A DNA stretch of 39,875 nucleotides, taken from the NCBI GenBank assembly GCA_023247575.1, contig JAHFGE010000004.1, positions 1-39,875 of the forward strand, given 5' to 3'. This document shows positions 18,668 to 29,000 of this stretch, in pieces (the first letter of the stretch is position 1; each line of letters opens with the position of its first letter). Source of the DNA: Candidatus Omnitrophota bacterium (GTDB lineage: Bacteria; Omnitrophota; Gorgyraeia; Zapsychrales; Fredricksoniimonadaceae). Both the position numbers and the translations under genes were made by a program. The notes beneath the pieces are model-generated. The model saw only the letters and a list, made by a program, of their open reading frames with translations, searched no databases and was not told the origin of the DNA.

Positions 18668-18809
18668 GCTGAATATATTGACGAAAATGATGAAATATGT
18701 TAGCCTTCATTATATATTTGCTTGTCTAAAAAGCAAGTATTGCTTTCTTAATCCCCCTTAAGAAAGCTCTCAATGATCTTCAAACTTCCCCATTTTTAAA
18801 AACTTTCTT

Positions 18810-20336
18810 ATGTTAGCTAAATCAGTCAGTTTTGCCCTGACCGGCTTAGAAGCCTATCCCGTTTTTATCGAAGCCGACTTAAACCCAGGCTTACCTAACT
18901 TTACCATCGTGGGTTTGCCCGACAATGCGGTTAAAGAAAGCCGTGAGCGGGTTCGACTGGCCATTAAAAATAGCGGGTTTTCTTTCCCTGGAGGGCGGAT
19001 TACCATTAATTTGGCTCCAGCCGATATTAAAAAAGAGGGACCGGCTTTTGATGTGGCGATTGCCCTGGCTGTCCTGGCTTGTGATGAACAAATCCCGGTT
19101 GAGGCGCTTTCACCCTATGCGTTTTTAGGGGAACTGGCTTTGGATGGACGCATCCGCCCTGTCAGTGGGGCTTTACCCATTGCTCTAGCTACTGATCCTA
19201 AGTTATTTGCTGGATTAATAGTCCCTTTTGAAAACGGCAAAGAAGCGGCCTTAGCCAATACCGTTAAAATCTACGCAGTCAAGCATCTTAAAGAAATCGT
19301 CAACTTCCTGGCCAATCCTCAAAGCCTGCAGCCAATTCCTGGTGAAGGAGCCTCTATTTTAAATAAAAGCCGACGTTACAGCATCGACTTTGCGGATGTC
19401 AAAGGTCAAAACCATGTCAAACGCGGACTTGAGATTGCGGCCGGCGGCGGACACAACGTCATCTTGATAGGCCCGCCGGGCAGTGGAAAAACCATGCTGG
19501 CCAAACGCTTACCGACGATTTTACCCGATATGACTTTAAACGAAGCGTTAGAAACCACCAAAATCCATTCGGTGATGGGTCTTATGAAAAACTCCCCTGG
19601 CATTGTCACCTGCCGGCCGTTTCGCTCACCTCATCACACGGCCTCGGATATTGCCCTTGTTGGCGGAGGTTCTAACCCGCGGCCGGGTGAGGTCACCATG
19701 GCTCACAACGGTGTCCTGTTTTTAGATGAGCTGGGAGAATTCTCCCGCCATGTCCTGGAGGTCTTACGCCAGCCCATGGAAGACCTTTATGTAACCGTCG
19801 CACGGGCCAACCGGTCTTTATGTTTTCCCTCTTCATTCATGCTGGTCGCTGCCATGAATCCATGCCCGTGCGGGTGGCTGACCAGTACCGTTAAACCCTG
19901 CCAATGCTCATCGCTGGAAGTGCAAAAATATTTAGGAAGGATTTCAGGCCCGCTTTTAGACCGCATCGATATTCATCTACAGGTTCCGGCGCTTAAAAAC
20001 CATGAGCTGTTCAGGCCTTTGTCTGCGGAAAGCTCTGCCGATATTAGAAAACGCACCGTTAAGGCACGGGCCATCCAACAGAGGCGTTTAGCGGGATCTG
20101 CGTATACCAACGCCCAAATGACAGTTAAGCACATTAAAGAATTTTGTCAACTCCATGAGGATACCACAGCGCTGCTTAAAAAAGCCGCTGAGACCTTAGG
20201 CCTTTCTGCCCGGGCGCACGATAAAATCCTGAAAGTGGCAAGAACCATTGCCGACCTGGCGGGAAGTGAAAATATTGAAGGCTCTCATCTGGCCGAGGCC
20301 ATCAGCTATAGGACGTTGGATCGGATCATTCAATAA
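18810..20336 (+). CDS. comM: YifB/ComM Mg-chelatase-like AAA+ ATPase
   Basis: Lon-like N-domain, Walker A GPPGSGKT, FLDELGEF Walker B, 508 aa. Confidence 0.9.
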   Translation: MLAKSVSFALTGLEAYPVFIEADLNPGLPNFTIVGLPDNAVKESRERVRLAIKNSGFSFPGGRITINLAPADIKKEGPAFDVAIALAVLACDEQIPVEALSPYAFLGELALDGRIRPVSGALPIALATDPKLFAGLIVPFENGKEAALANTVKIYAVKHLKEIVNFLANPQSLQPIPGEGASILNKSRRYSIDFADVKGQNHVKRGLEIAAGGGHNVILIGPPGSGKTMLAKRLPTILPDMTLNEALETTKIHSVMGLMKNSPGIVTCRPFRSPHHTASDIALVGGGSNPRPGEVTMAHNGVLFLDELGEFSRHVLEVLRQPMEDLYVTVARANRSLCFPSSFMLVAAMNPCPCGWLTSTVKPCQCSSLEVQKYLGRISGPLLDRIDIHLQVPALKNHELFRPLSAESSADIRKRTVKARAIQQRRLAGSAYTNAQMTVKHIKEFCQLHEDTTALLKKAAETLGLSARAHDKILKVARTIADLAGSENIEGSHLAEAISYRTLDRIIQ

Positions 20337-20343
20337 GTGCTGG

Positions 20344-20369
20344 GGCCATGGTACTATTTGCTCATGGCC
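20344..20369. terminator. Hairpin ggccatg-N12-catggcc between convergent comM and the coiled-coil gene
   Basis: Read directly. It overlaps the last codons of the minus-strand gene. No strong T-tract. Confidence 0.3.
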
Positions 20370-22162
20370 GCTTTCAAATCTCGACGTAAATGTTCTATCT
20401 CTTGCTTTTGATGCTTGTAAGCCCTGGCTTGCTCTTTGCTGGCACGTTCTTTTTTGGTCGAGAGCATTTTCAGACGGGCAATTTCTTTATCTTTAAAATA
20501 TAAATCTTCCATCAGACTTCCGATTTTCTCTTTAGCAACCTCAAATTCTTTTTCCATCTTTTTATCATTAGCAATTTCTTTCGTTAACTCACTCTCATCA
20601 ACGGAAGTTTTCAATTTTTCTTCGGCCACGGTTAATCTTTCCTGCAGCGCAGCCAGTTGTTCGTCCTTGCTTTTTAATTCTGTGTTTCTGGCCACCGAGT
20701 GTTTTTCGAATTCAAAAAAGTAATCTTTAACTTTCTTTAAATCCTTTTCCCGCTGCGCTAAATTTTTCTGGGCCGCCTCTAGATCGCTCTGTAATGCGCT
20801 AATCTCTTCTTTAGAACCAGTATCTATCTTATCTATTTTCTGTTGATAAATATCCAGCATACTGGATAATTGCGCCGACTCTTTCTTCTGTTGCTCAAGT
20901 TGCTTTTGCAAATCGGCAACTTCTTCTGGCGCAGCAGCCTTCTTTTTGAGGTCTTCTATTTGACCCTGCAAAGAGGTGGTTGTTGTTTTAAACTCGACGG
21001 TCTGGGTTTTAGATTGTGCTGTTAGATGATCGATGGTGTCATGCAGCTGTCTGATCTGATTCTCATAATCCGTGAAATCTTCCTGATCGTTTTCTAGCTG
21101 GTAATTTAAAACCGCCACATCTCCTTTGAGTTTGATGAGCTCTATGTCCTCGTTACTTAAGCCGCTGGTGTATCCCTGGGCTTGGGCCGCCGCCAATTTT
21201 CGTTTAAGAACCATGATATTAGCGCGGATACGTTCAAAAGCGCCGTCATCCGTCGCATAAGCCTGCCGTAGATTGGCCAAATCCTGGTGCATGCGGCTGA
21301 TTTCCACATGCGCAAAAGCCAGGTCACTTTTAAGCTGGGCAATCTGGGTATCCTTTTTTATAATTTGAGCCTCCAAATCCGCGATGTGCCGGTCTTTCTG
21401 CAACAGAGCGTTCTCATATTTTTCCAAACTCATTTTTTGATACTTTAAGTTTTCACTGATTCCCTCCCATGGACTGGCTTTGGGTGTGGATCTGCTCTGC
21501 TGCTCGAGGGCTTTCTCATATTTGCGCTGCAGGTTTTGTAGCTCTTCCTTGGTCGCGGCTAACTGTGCTTTGAAGTCTAGAAGCTGCTGGTATTTCTCGA
21601 TCAGCGACCTACTTTTAAAAACTAAAAATTCTTTTTGGTCTTGTAGGCTGGAGGCAAGCTTGGTGGCCGAGGGGCTCTTCATGGCTTGCACATCTTTGGT
21701 CAGTCCTATGACAGGGTCAAAAAGATGCTCAAGTTTATCAATACGGGCTCTTAAGGCACTCGTCCCTTCATTACGAGCTATAAGATTACGGTTACGCTCA
21801 TCGAGTCCTCGACCATAGTTCTCCAGAGCGTCTTTTAACTGCTGTAAATTTTCCAAGCGGCTATAAAAGTCGTTGTCTTTGGAATTTTGGCTTTGCCTGG
21901 CCAGCTGATTTTGTAAATCTACTATCTTTTGTGTCAACTCTGCATTGTGTTCAGCCAGGCTTCTGTCTTCAACCTCTTGATCCCGGTTAGCGCGATCCTG
22001 ATTAAGCACAGTGTTTTTGAGTTGTACCACTTCCTGATTTAATGGAATCACAGGGCTGACAAAAATGGGCGGGGTATTAATTTCTTGAACCGCAAAAACT
22101 CTCAAAGGCAGGCCAAGAAAGACTACTGACACAGAAATAAATAGATGAAAGAATTTTTTCAT
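20354..22162 (-). CDS. Secreted/periplasmic long coiled-coil protein
   Basis: Signal-like MKKFFHLFISVSVVFLGLPLRVFA, then ~570 aa rich in E/K/Q/L heptad-like sequence. No catalytic motif recognised. Confidence 0.7.
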   Translation of the reverse strand: MKKFFHLFISVSVVFLGLPLRVFAVQEINTPPIFVSPVIPLNQEVVQLKNTVLNQDRANRDQEVEDRSLAEHNAELTQKIVDLQNQLARQSQNSKDNDFYSRLENLQQLKDALENYGRGLDERNRNLIARNEGTSALRARIDKLEHLFDPVIGLTKDVQAMKSPSATKLASSLQDQKEFLVFKSRSLIEKYQQLLDFKAQLAATKEELQNLQRKYEKALEQQSRSTPKASPWEGISENLKYQKMSLEKYENALLQKDRHIADLEAQIIKKDTQIAQLKSDLAFAHVEISRMHQDLANLRQAYATDDGAFERIRANIMVLKRKLAAAQAQGYTSGLSNEDIELIKLKGDVAVLNYQLENDQEDFTDYENQIRQLHDTIDHLTAQSKTQTVEFKTTTTSLQGQIEDLKKKAAAPEEVADLQKQLEQQKKESAQLSSMLDIYQQKIDKIDTGSKEEISALQSDLEAAQKNLAQREKDLKKVKDYFFEFEKHSVARNTELKSKDEQLAALQERLTVAEEKLKTSVDESELTKEIANDKKMEKEFEVAKEKIGSLMEDLYFKDKEIARLKMLSTKKERASKEQARAYKHQKQEIEHLRRDLKAAMSK

Positions 22163-22425
22163 TGGGAGGCATCCTCAAGTTGGCGAATTTTCTCGCTTTG
22201 CTGTTGTTGATCTTTCTGACCTTCTTCAATTTGAGCCCGCAGGTCAGCCATTTCTTGTTTAAGCTTATTGATGACATGATCTGTATCTTGAATATCCTGC
22301 TTTAAAGGAGCATCTGAAGGAACCCCCTGATCGGCAGCTGCATAAACCAATCTGCCGCCTAGGAGCCCTACAAAGGAGGCAATTAAAACCACAAAAAGGA
22401 TTATTTTAAATTTTCTCATAACCAT
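22159..22425 (-). CDS. Small membrane-anchored coiled-coil protein
   Basis: 88 aa with an N-terminal TM (IILFVVLIASFVGLLGG) and a charged helical tail. ATGA-coupled to the downstream 602-aa gene. Confidence 0.6.
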   Translation of the reverse strand: MVMRKFKIILFVVLIASFVGLLGGRLVYAAADQGVPSDAPLKQDIQDTDHVINKLKQEMADLRAQIEEGQKDQQQQSEKIRQLEDASQ

Positions 22426-22606
22426 AACTCATTTATTTATAGAGAGTTGTAAGATTTCCTTATAAATGGTCAAAAATCCTTCAAGAACACAATTAAACGA
22501 AAGTATACGTAAGTATAACATCCCATCTACCCAATGTCAAATTGGCGGGGCCTTCGCTGTTTACTAATCTTTTTTCCGTTTAGGTAATTTTTACGAAAGG
22601 ATTTTC

Positions 22607-22954
22607 TTACGACCACCATCTCTCTTTAAACTGCTGCAAACAATGGCCGGATAAATACTGATACAGGTCTTCCTTGTCACGGTCACCGATTCTGCTAAAT
22701 GAGGCGCCGTACACAAACAGTCCCTTGATCTCCCTGATCCAGCAGATGCGGATTTGCACATCGAGGTTTAAGTTCCCTTCCAGCCCTACATTAACTGCCA
22801 GCTCAGGCTCCGATGGAAGTTGCTGCGGTAAAGACATGCGCAAGCCTTTTAAATTCATGTCTTCCAGGCAGCATCCCTCGCACATAGCCTCTTTAAGGGA
22901 AAGTTGCACATTCTTTCCGATATGCCAGCGTGGAATTGCTCGACGTTCCTGCAT
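22607..22954 (-). CDS. Stand-alone PilZ domain protein (c-di-GMP receptor)
   Basis: 115 aa with an RRAIPR (RxxxR) motif near the N-terminus and DMNLKG (DxSxxG-like). Confidence 0.7.
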   Translation of the reverse strand: MQERRAIPRWHIGKNVQLSLKEAMCEGCCLEDMNLKGLRMSLPQQLPSEPELAVNVGLEGNLNLDVQIRICWIREIKGLFVYGASFSRIGDRDKEDLYQYLSGHCLQQFKERWWS

Positions 22955-23030
22955 AGTTCTTCCCTTCCCTCATTACATAATACTCCTTTTGCTGAATCAT
23001 TTCCCCTCCTTTCTAAAGATTTGATCGAAC

Positions 23031-24899
23031 TTACTCTAAAACAACATCATCCAGATAAAATATTCCTCCTTGAGGATTGTCATCTTTTAAAATAAAGAAC
23101 CTGAAACCATGAATGATGGAATGCAAATCTTTCCCTGTTAAATCAATGGTGTATTCTTGCCATTGATTGGTTAATTTAACGGCCTGAATTTTTATATCAT
23201 CGGAATTGGGAGAATCCCCTCCGACCCCAAATTGAGAAATCAATTCCCCTCCCCGTTGACCACGAGCCCAAAAAGTTAAACGCTTAAATCTTCTTACATC
23301 ATAGGCGCCGTCGACGTCTTTCCAATTGCCCACCGGGTTTTGCCAGTAAACCCCTGCCCATCGTTGCTGCCCCCGAGGGGCATACTCAATGGCAATACAT
23401 GAATTGCCGCTATGACAATCCCTTTGATAATCATCATTGAGATGAATATCATGAATGTCTCCTACCCAGCCTGAAGGAAAAAAATGGTTAGAAGGGCTGT
23501 GTTTATCGGAATAAATAAAAAATTTGGATTTGTCTTTGATAAACGGCTTATCGGACCCTATAGTTACGACGGAAATTTCTCCCTGGTGTACATCGCCTTG
23601 ATTCCAACCAACTGCTGCTAGAAGGTATTGCTCCCGGATGTAGCCATTGCCATCAACGGTCAATATAACCCTACCATACTGATCGGTAACTGCCTTGTAG
23701 ATATCTTCTTTCCAATTAATCGGCCAAAATATTCCGATATCCACGGACTGGTTATCCAACCCTCTTATCCAAAAATTAAACTTAACTTTTCCATCGTCAA
23801 CATAATGAGCTGTCACCGTAATATTCTTAACTTCTACTCGATTGTTCTGCTTATTAATAAATGTTCCTACCGTCTGATCAAATTTCGTAAACTCATTTAA
23901 AACTTCACGTGGGTGGCCATACACATCATGCCCATCTCCAAAATGAAGGAAGCCATCCCACTTCCATGGATGATCATCATGAGTAGAGGGATCCGAAGGA
24001 TAATGCCATGTATCTACCCAACTGACGGTACACACCCCTGCAGCCTGTGCCTTAATAGCACTTTCAACGCTTTCTAAATCTCCCTGGGCTTGTTGTTTTT
24101 GGGAATTCCCTCCAAATCCAATATCGTTCAGCCGTCTTTTGGAAACAGAAAATCCTCCAGTCTCACCAATAAATAAAGGCTTGTCTTTGGATATATGTTT
24201 TTTGATCCACTGTAAATATAGATCAAATCCTATAGTTTTATTGATTGCCTCAGGAGTAAATTTAAACGCATTAACTGTGACAACATCCCACAGGGAATGA
24301 TCCATAAAGGCTAGAGGAACCCAACTGTCCATGGAAACCGGTTTATGATCTATGGATTGGATTAAGGATTTTATAGATTTAAAAAACTCTTGAATATTTT
24401 GCTGGCCACTATAAAGAACCGCTTCTGGGGTTGGTTCAGTCACGACCAGGTACATCAAAATATTAGGATAATCTTTTGAGTATTGGACAACTTTTCGGAC
24501 ATAATCTAGGGACAGTTTTACAAGAATGGGGTCAGAGAAATCCCGGTCAGGCGGCAGCCATATCCCTTGAATGACTTTTAAGCCATATTTTTGAGCCAAA
24601 GAAAGCTGGCTGGAGGAAAGAGCATCCCATGTTCGTACCGTATTGAATCCGGCTTTCGCGATACGCTGAAAATCGGCCTCAATAAGTTTGCCGTTGACTT
24701 GATCCAGACCAGGCCATTGCCCAGGACGCCATGGCGCATAACCGATAGCGTTAATAAAAAATGGCTTATCATTTAAAAAGAACTTATCTCCGTGAATTGA
24801 AATTCCATCACGGAATAATGAAACTGGCTGCGACGATGATACGGCCATCGTACATACCCCAAAAAAAAGAATCCCAAGTAAAACACATCGTGCTTTCAT
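23031..24899 (-). CDS. Secreted TIM-barrel glycoside hydrolase (clan GH-A-like) with C-terminal carbohydrate-binding-like domain
   Basis: Signal peptide, GFNTVRTW, a VVTEP acid/base-like box and an IGETGG nucleophile-like box. The C-terminal ~180 aa are beta-rich (WAGVYWQNP...FWARG). The GH family is not assignable by eye. Confidence 0.6.
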   Translation of the reverse strand: MKARCVLLGILFFGVCTMAVSSSQPVSLFRDGISIHGDKFFLNDKPFFINAIGYAPWRPGQWPGLDQVNGKLIEADFQRIAKAGFNTVRTWDALSSSQLSLAQKYGLKVIQGIWLPPDRDFSDPILVKLSLDYVRKVVQYSKDYPNILMYLVVTEPTPEAVLYSGQQNIQEFFKSIKSLIQSIDHKPVSMDSWVPLAFMDHSLWDVVTVNAFKFTPEAINKTIGFDLYLQWIKKHISKDKPLFIGETGGFSVSKRRLNDIGFGGNSQKQQAQGDLESVESAIKAQAAGVCTVSWVDTWHYPSDPSTHDDHPWKWDGFLHFGDGHDVYGHPREVLNEFTKFDQTVGTFINKQNNRVEVKNITVTAHYVDDGKVKFNFWIRGLDNQSVDIGIFWPINWKEDIYKAVTDQYGRVILTVDGNGYIREQYLLAAVGWNQGDVHQGEISVVTIGSDKPFIKDKSKFFIYSDKHSPSNHFFPSGWVGDIHDIHLNDDYQRDCHSGNSCIAIEYAPRGQQRWAGVYWQNPVGNWKDVDGAYDVRRFKRLTFWARGQRGGELISQFGVGGDSPNSDDIKIQAVKLTNQWQEYTIDLTGKDLHSIIHGFRFFILKDDNPQGGIFYLDDVVLE

Positions 24900-24900
24900 A

Positions 24901-25323
24901 TTAATTACCTCTATTCCTAAATAAATTTTGGAACCATTTGGTTGAAGTCAAAGTTAAGCCTCCCATCACCAATATATTCATCAGCAAAAACAAATGCATC
25001 CCTTGTGTCTGCCAAAAATAGTATTTATTCACCCATAAATTAATCAAACAAACACAAGAGATAGCCACAATGATCATATGAGGAATAAAAAATCGTACGT
25101 ATGAAACTACTGCATTATGATCCTTTGGTGTTACAAAATTGGTACGCAGTAACTTGCCTTTGAAAATCGCCTTTATAAATGCGTAAACAACATAAGGACT
25201 TGATGCTATTTCAGCCAATCCACTTCTCCACCAGATACTCTGCTCGCTTGATGGATTAATCAAAAACCGCCCTCCCCACCCAATTAAAATAAAAATTTTA
25301 TTTAGGTAACTCCGAAGTACCAT
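24901..25323 (-). pseudogene. Small 4-TM protein resembling only the C-terminal part of a processive GT2 (cellulose-synthase-like) glycosyltransferase
   Basis: EQSIWWRSGLAEI resembles a degenerate Q(R/Q)xRW box and is followed by a FVTPK motif and TM helices. The catalytic D,D,D part is absent. An in-frame stop at 25396-25398 bounds it upstream. The track start is TTG at 25359 and the ATG is at 25323. Confidence 0.4.
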
Positions 25324-26095
25324 TTCCCTGCGCCTTGACGAGTTTACGGACGGTGTCAAACAAACCTTCCAAGATACGATTCGCTTCCGTTTCGTCTATT
25401 TCAAATTGTTCGATAATTTGTAGGACACTACTGCCATCATACCAGGCTTCAAATATCTTGATGTCGCGGGGCACATGGTAGCCGGCGAGGTCATTGATTA
25501 ATTGTTCGATGCCTCCTTCATAAGGCAACTCGACCTTTTCTCCTCCTTGATCCACTATTTCTTGGTTTTCAGCCACCGCCTCTTCCTCTGGAGAACCTAA
25601 TCCTTCATCCGTATCAATATCTTCTTCCTCGTCTTCTCCGGGGGGAAGATTCGGCTCATATCCTAAGCGCCGATAAGCTTCAGCCGCAGGAATAATATCC
25701 AGCCATGTAAGCTCGTCATCCTTACCCGTTGCCGGACTCTGAAGATTGATCTGGCCGGTCGACCTTAACAATCGGGTCGTTTCAGACTTAAGATGCCTCT
25801 TGAGTGCTTCATGAACAAATTCCCTCAATGTTTTACCTCTTTCTGGTGTATATTGAAGCATTTGGTCGATAACAATCTCGCAACCCGTCGCGCGCAAGTT
25901 ATCCGCCCAATGGCTGTCACTGCTGCGAGAATGCCGACTGACAAACTCTTCGATCATGGGGTAAAACGATAAGACCAAATCCGAAAAGGCTTTGGAGTCA
26001 TGCCGTATCCGCTTCCAGCAATCAAGCTGTTGGGTATCGCTCAACTCTTTGGCTGCGGCCAATTGGCGCCTCCACTGTTCATCCGCCGATGGCAT
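25298..26095 (-). other. Sigma-70-like module (regions 2 and 4) forming the giant ORF C-terminus
   Basis: ADNLRATGCEIVIDQMLQYTPERGKTLREFVHEALKRHL resembles region 2.1-2.4. IFEAWYDGSSVLQIIEQFEIDETEANRILEGLFDTVRKL resembles the region 4 HTH. An in-frame Met lies at 26095. Confidence 0.5.
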
Positions 26096-29000
26096 CTGCG
26101 GTATTTCAGGTTTAACCGTCTCTTTGGCTGGAAAATATTTTTTCATGTCTGTGGTCAACATCATCGGACGGAAAATAACTAAAAGCTCCATTTTATTCTC
26201 TGGACCAGGGATCTTTTTCATTCCATACATAAGCACAACTCTTTCTCTGCTATTTAACGTTGCCGCCCGTAAAAAAACCCAGTCACCTTCGACGTATCCT
26301 TTCGATTCAAGATAACCCGTTGGGAAATATAAAATACGACTTTCAATATTCGCATCCAAACTGATCCCCAAACGAGGGTTGCCGCCGACATCTCTTTTAG
26401 AAAAAAGTTGTACCCTAACTCTCGCCCATTTAGGAGGCATTCGTTTACCTTTTAAGGCTTGCAACACATAATGCATCCGAAGCAAAACTAACTTTGGACC
26501 TTCCTTTGAAGGCAGATAAACCCCAACCGGGGCGTGACGTAAACAAACTTCCTGATCTGGGCTAATCATGGCATAAAAAGCAAGAGCCGTAGGTAAAAGA
26601 CGAAACCGTCGACCTTTTAATAAATAATCGTAAATTTCTTTTCCCCCTCTGATCTGCGGAATATAAAAAGCTGCCCGGCCAAATCTTTTTGTCATTCCCG
26701 GCGTCGCCTCAAAGGGGAAGGGACCATCATCCAGTGTCAGTCCCGACCCTCTTCTGTGATCGCCTTTGAAGATAAATCTCTCTACTTTATGGATGAGAAG
26801 AGGATCAAGTGGAGCTCGAAAATAGGTCCTTTTTGCTTGCGCTGGTGGCAATTGCCCCTGTACTCCATAGGCATGCTCGATCGCTGGGTAAATATCGACG
26901 GCTGGAATTCTTTTCTCTAATTCGAAGGCTGACAACAATTGTGACATATTTTCCGGTTTCATATATGAAAACCGTGGATCAATTGATTTTACTCTATCCC
27001 CCATTTCTTTGAGCGTCTTCCCTTGCCGCAAACGCCTCAACTTCATGAACGGCCCCCAGGACAAACGCTCCCGCGCCTCTAAATAGTTCATTCCTATTAA
27101 AAATCGGGAAGGTTCAATATCGAGAATGGAAGCAATATGTAGGATATCTCCTGGTCTGTATTTGCCATCGCTTTGACTTGCTAAAAGATTACGCCGATAG
27201 TCATAAATATCCTGATAACCTAACAGCCTTGCCATCTCCTGGTCAGAAATACCGCGGTCATTCGCAATCGCCTTTATTCTTGCCCCAAAAGGTATCGATG
27301 CCAGCTGATCTACCAGCTGTAAATCACTAAGCGGCCGCTCATTGAATTCGGCCAACAAGGCTTTGCCTTTGCGTTGTTCCCGGATGTTTACCGCCTCTGG
27401 TAATCCACCGCTGACCATGGCGATATTCATGTCGGGGAGAAAAGTCAGACGGAAAGTTTGTTTGGCGATGAAATCCAATGACCTCTGATCGTGCGGGTTG
27501 TCTGATCCATAACCGCCAACCCGCAAAAATATCGGCACCAGTGAAGACTCTCCGGCCGAATTCCCAGGGCCGAAAATAACCTCGGCCCATGGGTGTGTCA
27601 ATTCAGTTGGAACAACAATGGCATAATCGCCAATCTCTATTTCACGAGATGGGGAAATTGGCATCGCAAGTCTCGTCACCAGGATCTGATATCCTTTCAA
27701 ATAAGCCCAGCCCAAATCTTCTGTCAACCGTTTATGCGAAATTGTTGGAAAAAAGGAATCGATCGTTTGAATTGGTTTATAATCATTATCGACCATACGG
27801 ACGGTAGGGATAAATCCACACTGGCTCTCGCTTCCTTGAGCGCTATTGACTGTAAAATAATAAGGAAAGGCAAACTGATCAAAGGCCAGCGAAACTGTTC
27901 CCTTTTTGAATCGCTCGTCAAAAAAGAAATAAAACGACGAATGGAGTTCGGGTAGGGAAAAAGTTTCCAAAGCAAATAAAATTTCTGAAAGGACCTGATG
28001 GGCATAGGGAACAACGTATCCTTTAACCCAGAATAAACCACTATTTGCAAATCCTTCGATTTTTCTTATTTTAAATACTTTTGCTTTCCCCAAGACCCTA
28101 ATACTTTGGCCCTCCTGATTTGTTTGATAGGCAACCAGTAGATCCTCAGCCCTTTCTTTCCCAAGAAACTGAACACCCTCGATACCACCGCTTTGATCAA
28201 CATGCAATGAATACAGGGCGCCGCGATAACCCGGAAAACGCACATCAAACAAGGGACGGACAGTCAGCCTTTCCATTGAAGGAAGGATTGACTCGATCCG
28301 TTTGCTCTGTATAATCTCTGCCTTACGTAGCCCTTCCATGGTTTCAAAAACGACCGCCGCAATTCGTCCGTCTTTAATCACACTGTTGAGCCTTCGGTTG
28401 ACGTAAATCGACCCACCAAAACCGGAAGCCTCAACAGGAACCCAGAATCCCAAATCCGGGACAAAGCGCCATTCGATCCGGATATCTTTTAGACCACTTT
28501 GATTCGCAGCCCTGACCTTGAGGGCGTTGATGCCCTGCGGCAGTTCCGCAGCGAAGATTCTGTTAGAGAAATCATCATTTAATAAGGGCAAATACCCATC
28601 AATGATCCGATGCCTCCGGCTCCATTGCCCTTCGGATAATTCCTTAAAGGTATCTTCACGGTTTCCTGCCCATCTATCAGCAATATATTGGGCATAGTAG
28701 GAAGACCGCAGATTAAACCTACGGACAAACGCGTCATGGAAAACCACAGGCGAAACCTTTCGTAGAACCGCGTGAATCCGTTTCTTGTCATCACTGCGGC
28801 CAACGGAGTCTAGCGTCTCTAGGATCATCTCTGTCAAATGTCCTGCCGCCTCTTGATTCTCACCAAAACCCTCCTCTTTCCCAGCAATCATCACTTCCCA
28901 TGGCCTTTGGATTTCAAAAATACATTTTACCTCTAGACCCCGAGCCTTAATCTCATCAAGGTTCTCTATCTCCTGTTGGCTTAACATATGCCCCGTACGT

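Noticed and set aside
24901-25359. Full-length 152-aa version of the GT2-remnant ORF
   Set aside because: The track start is a TTG at 25359, lying 62 nt inside the giant ORF. The ATG at 25323 is preferred, although neither has a convincing SD.
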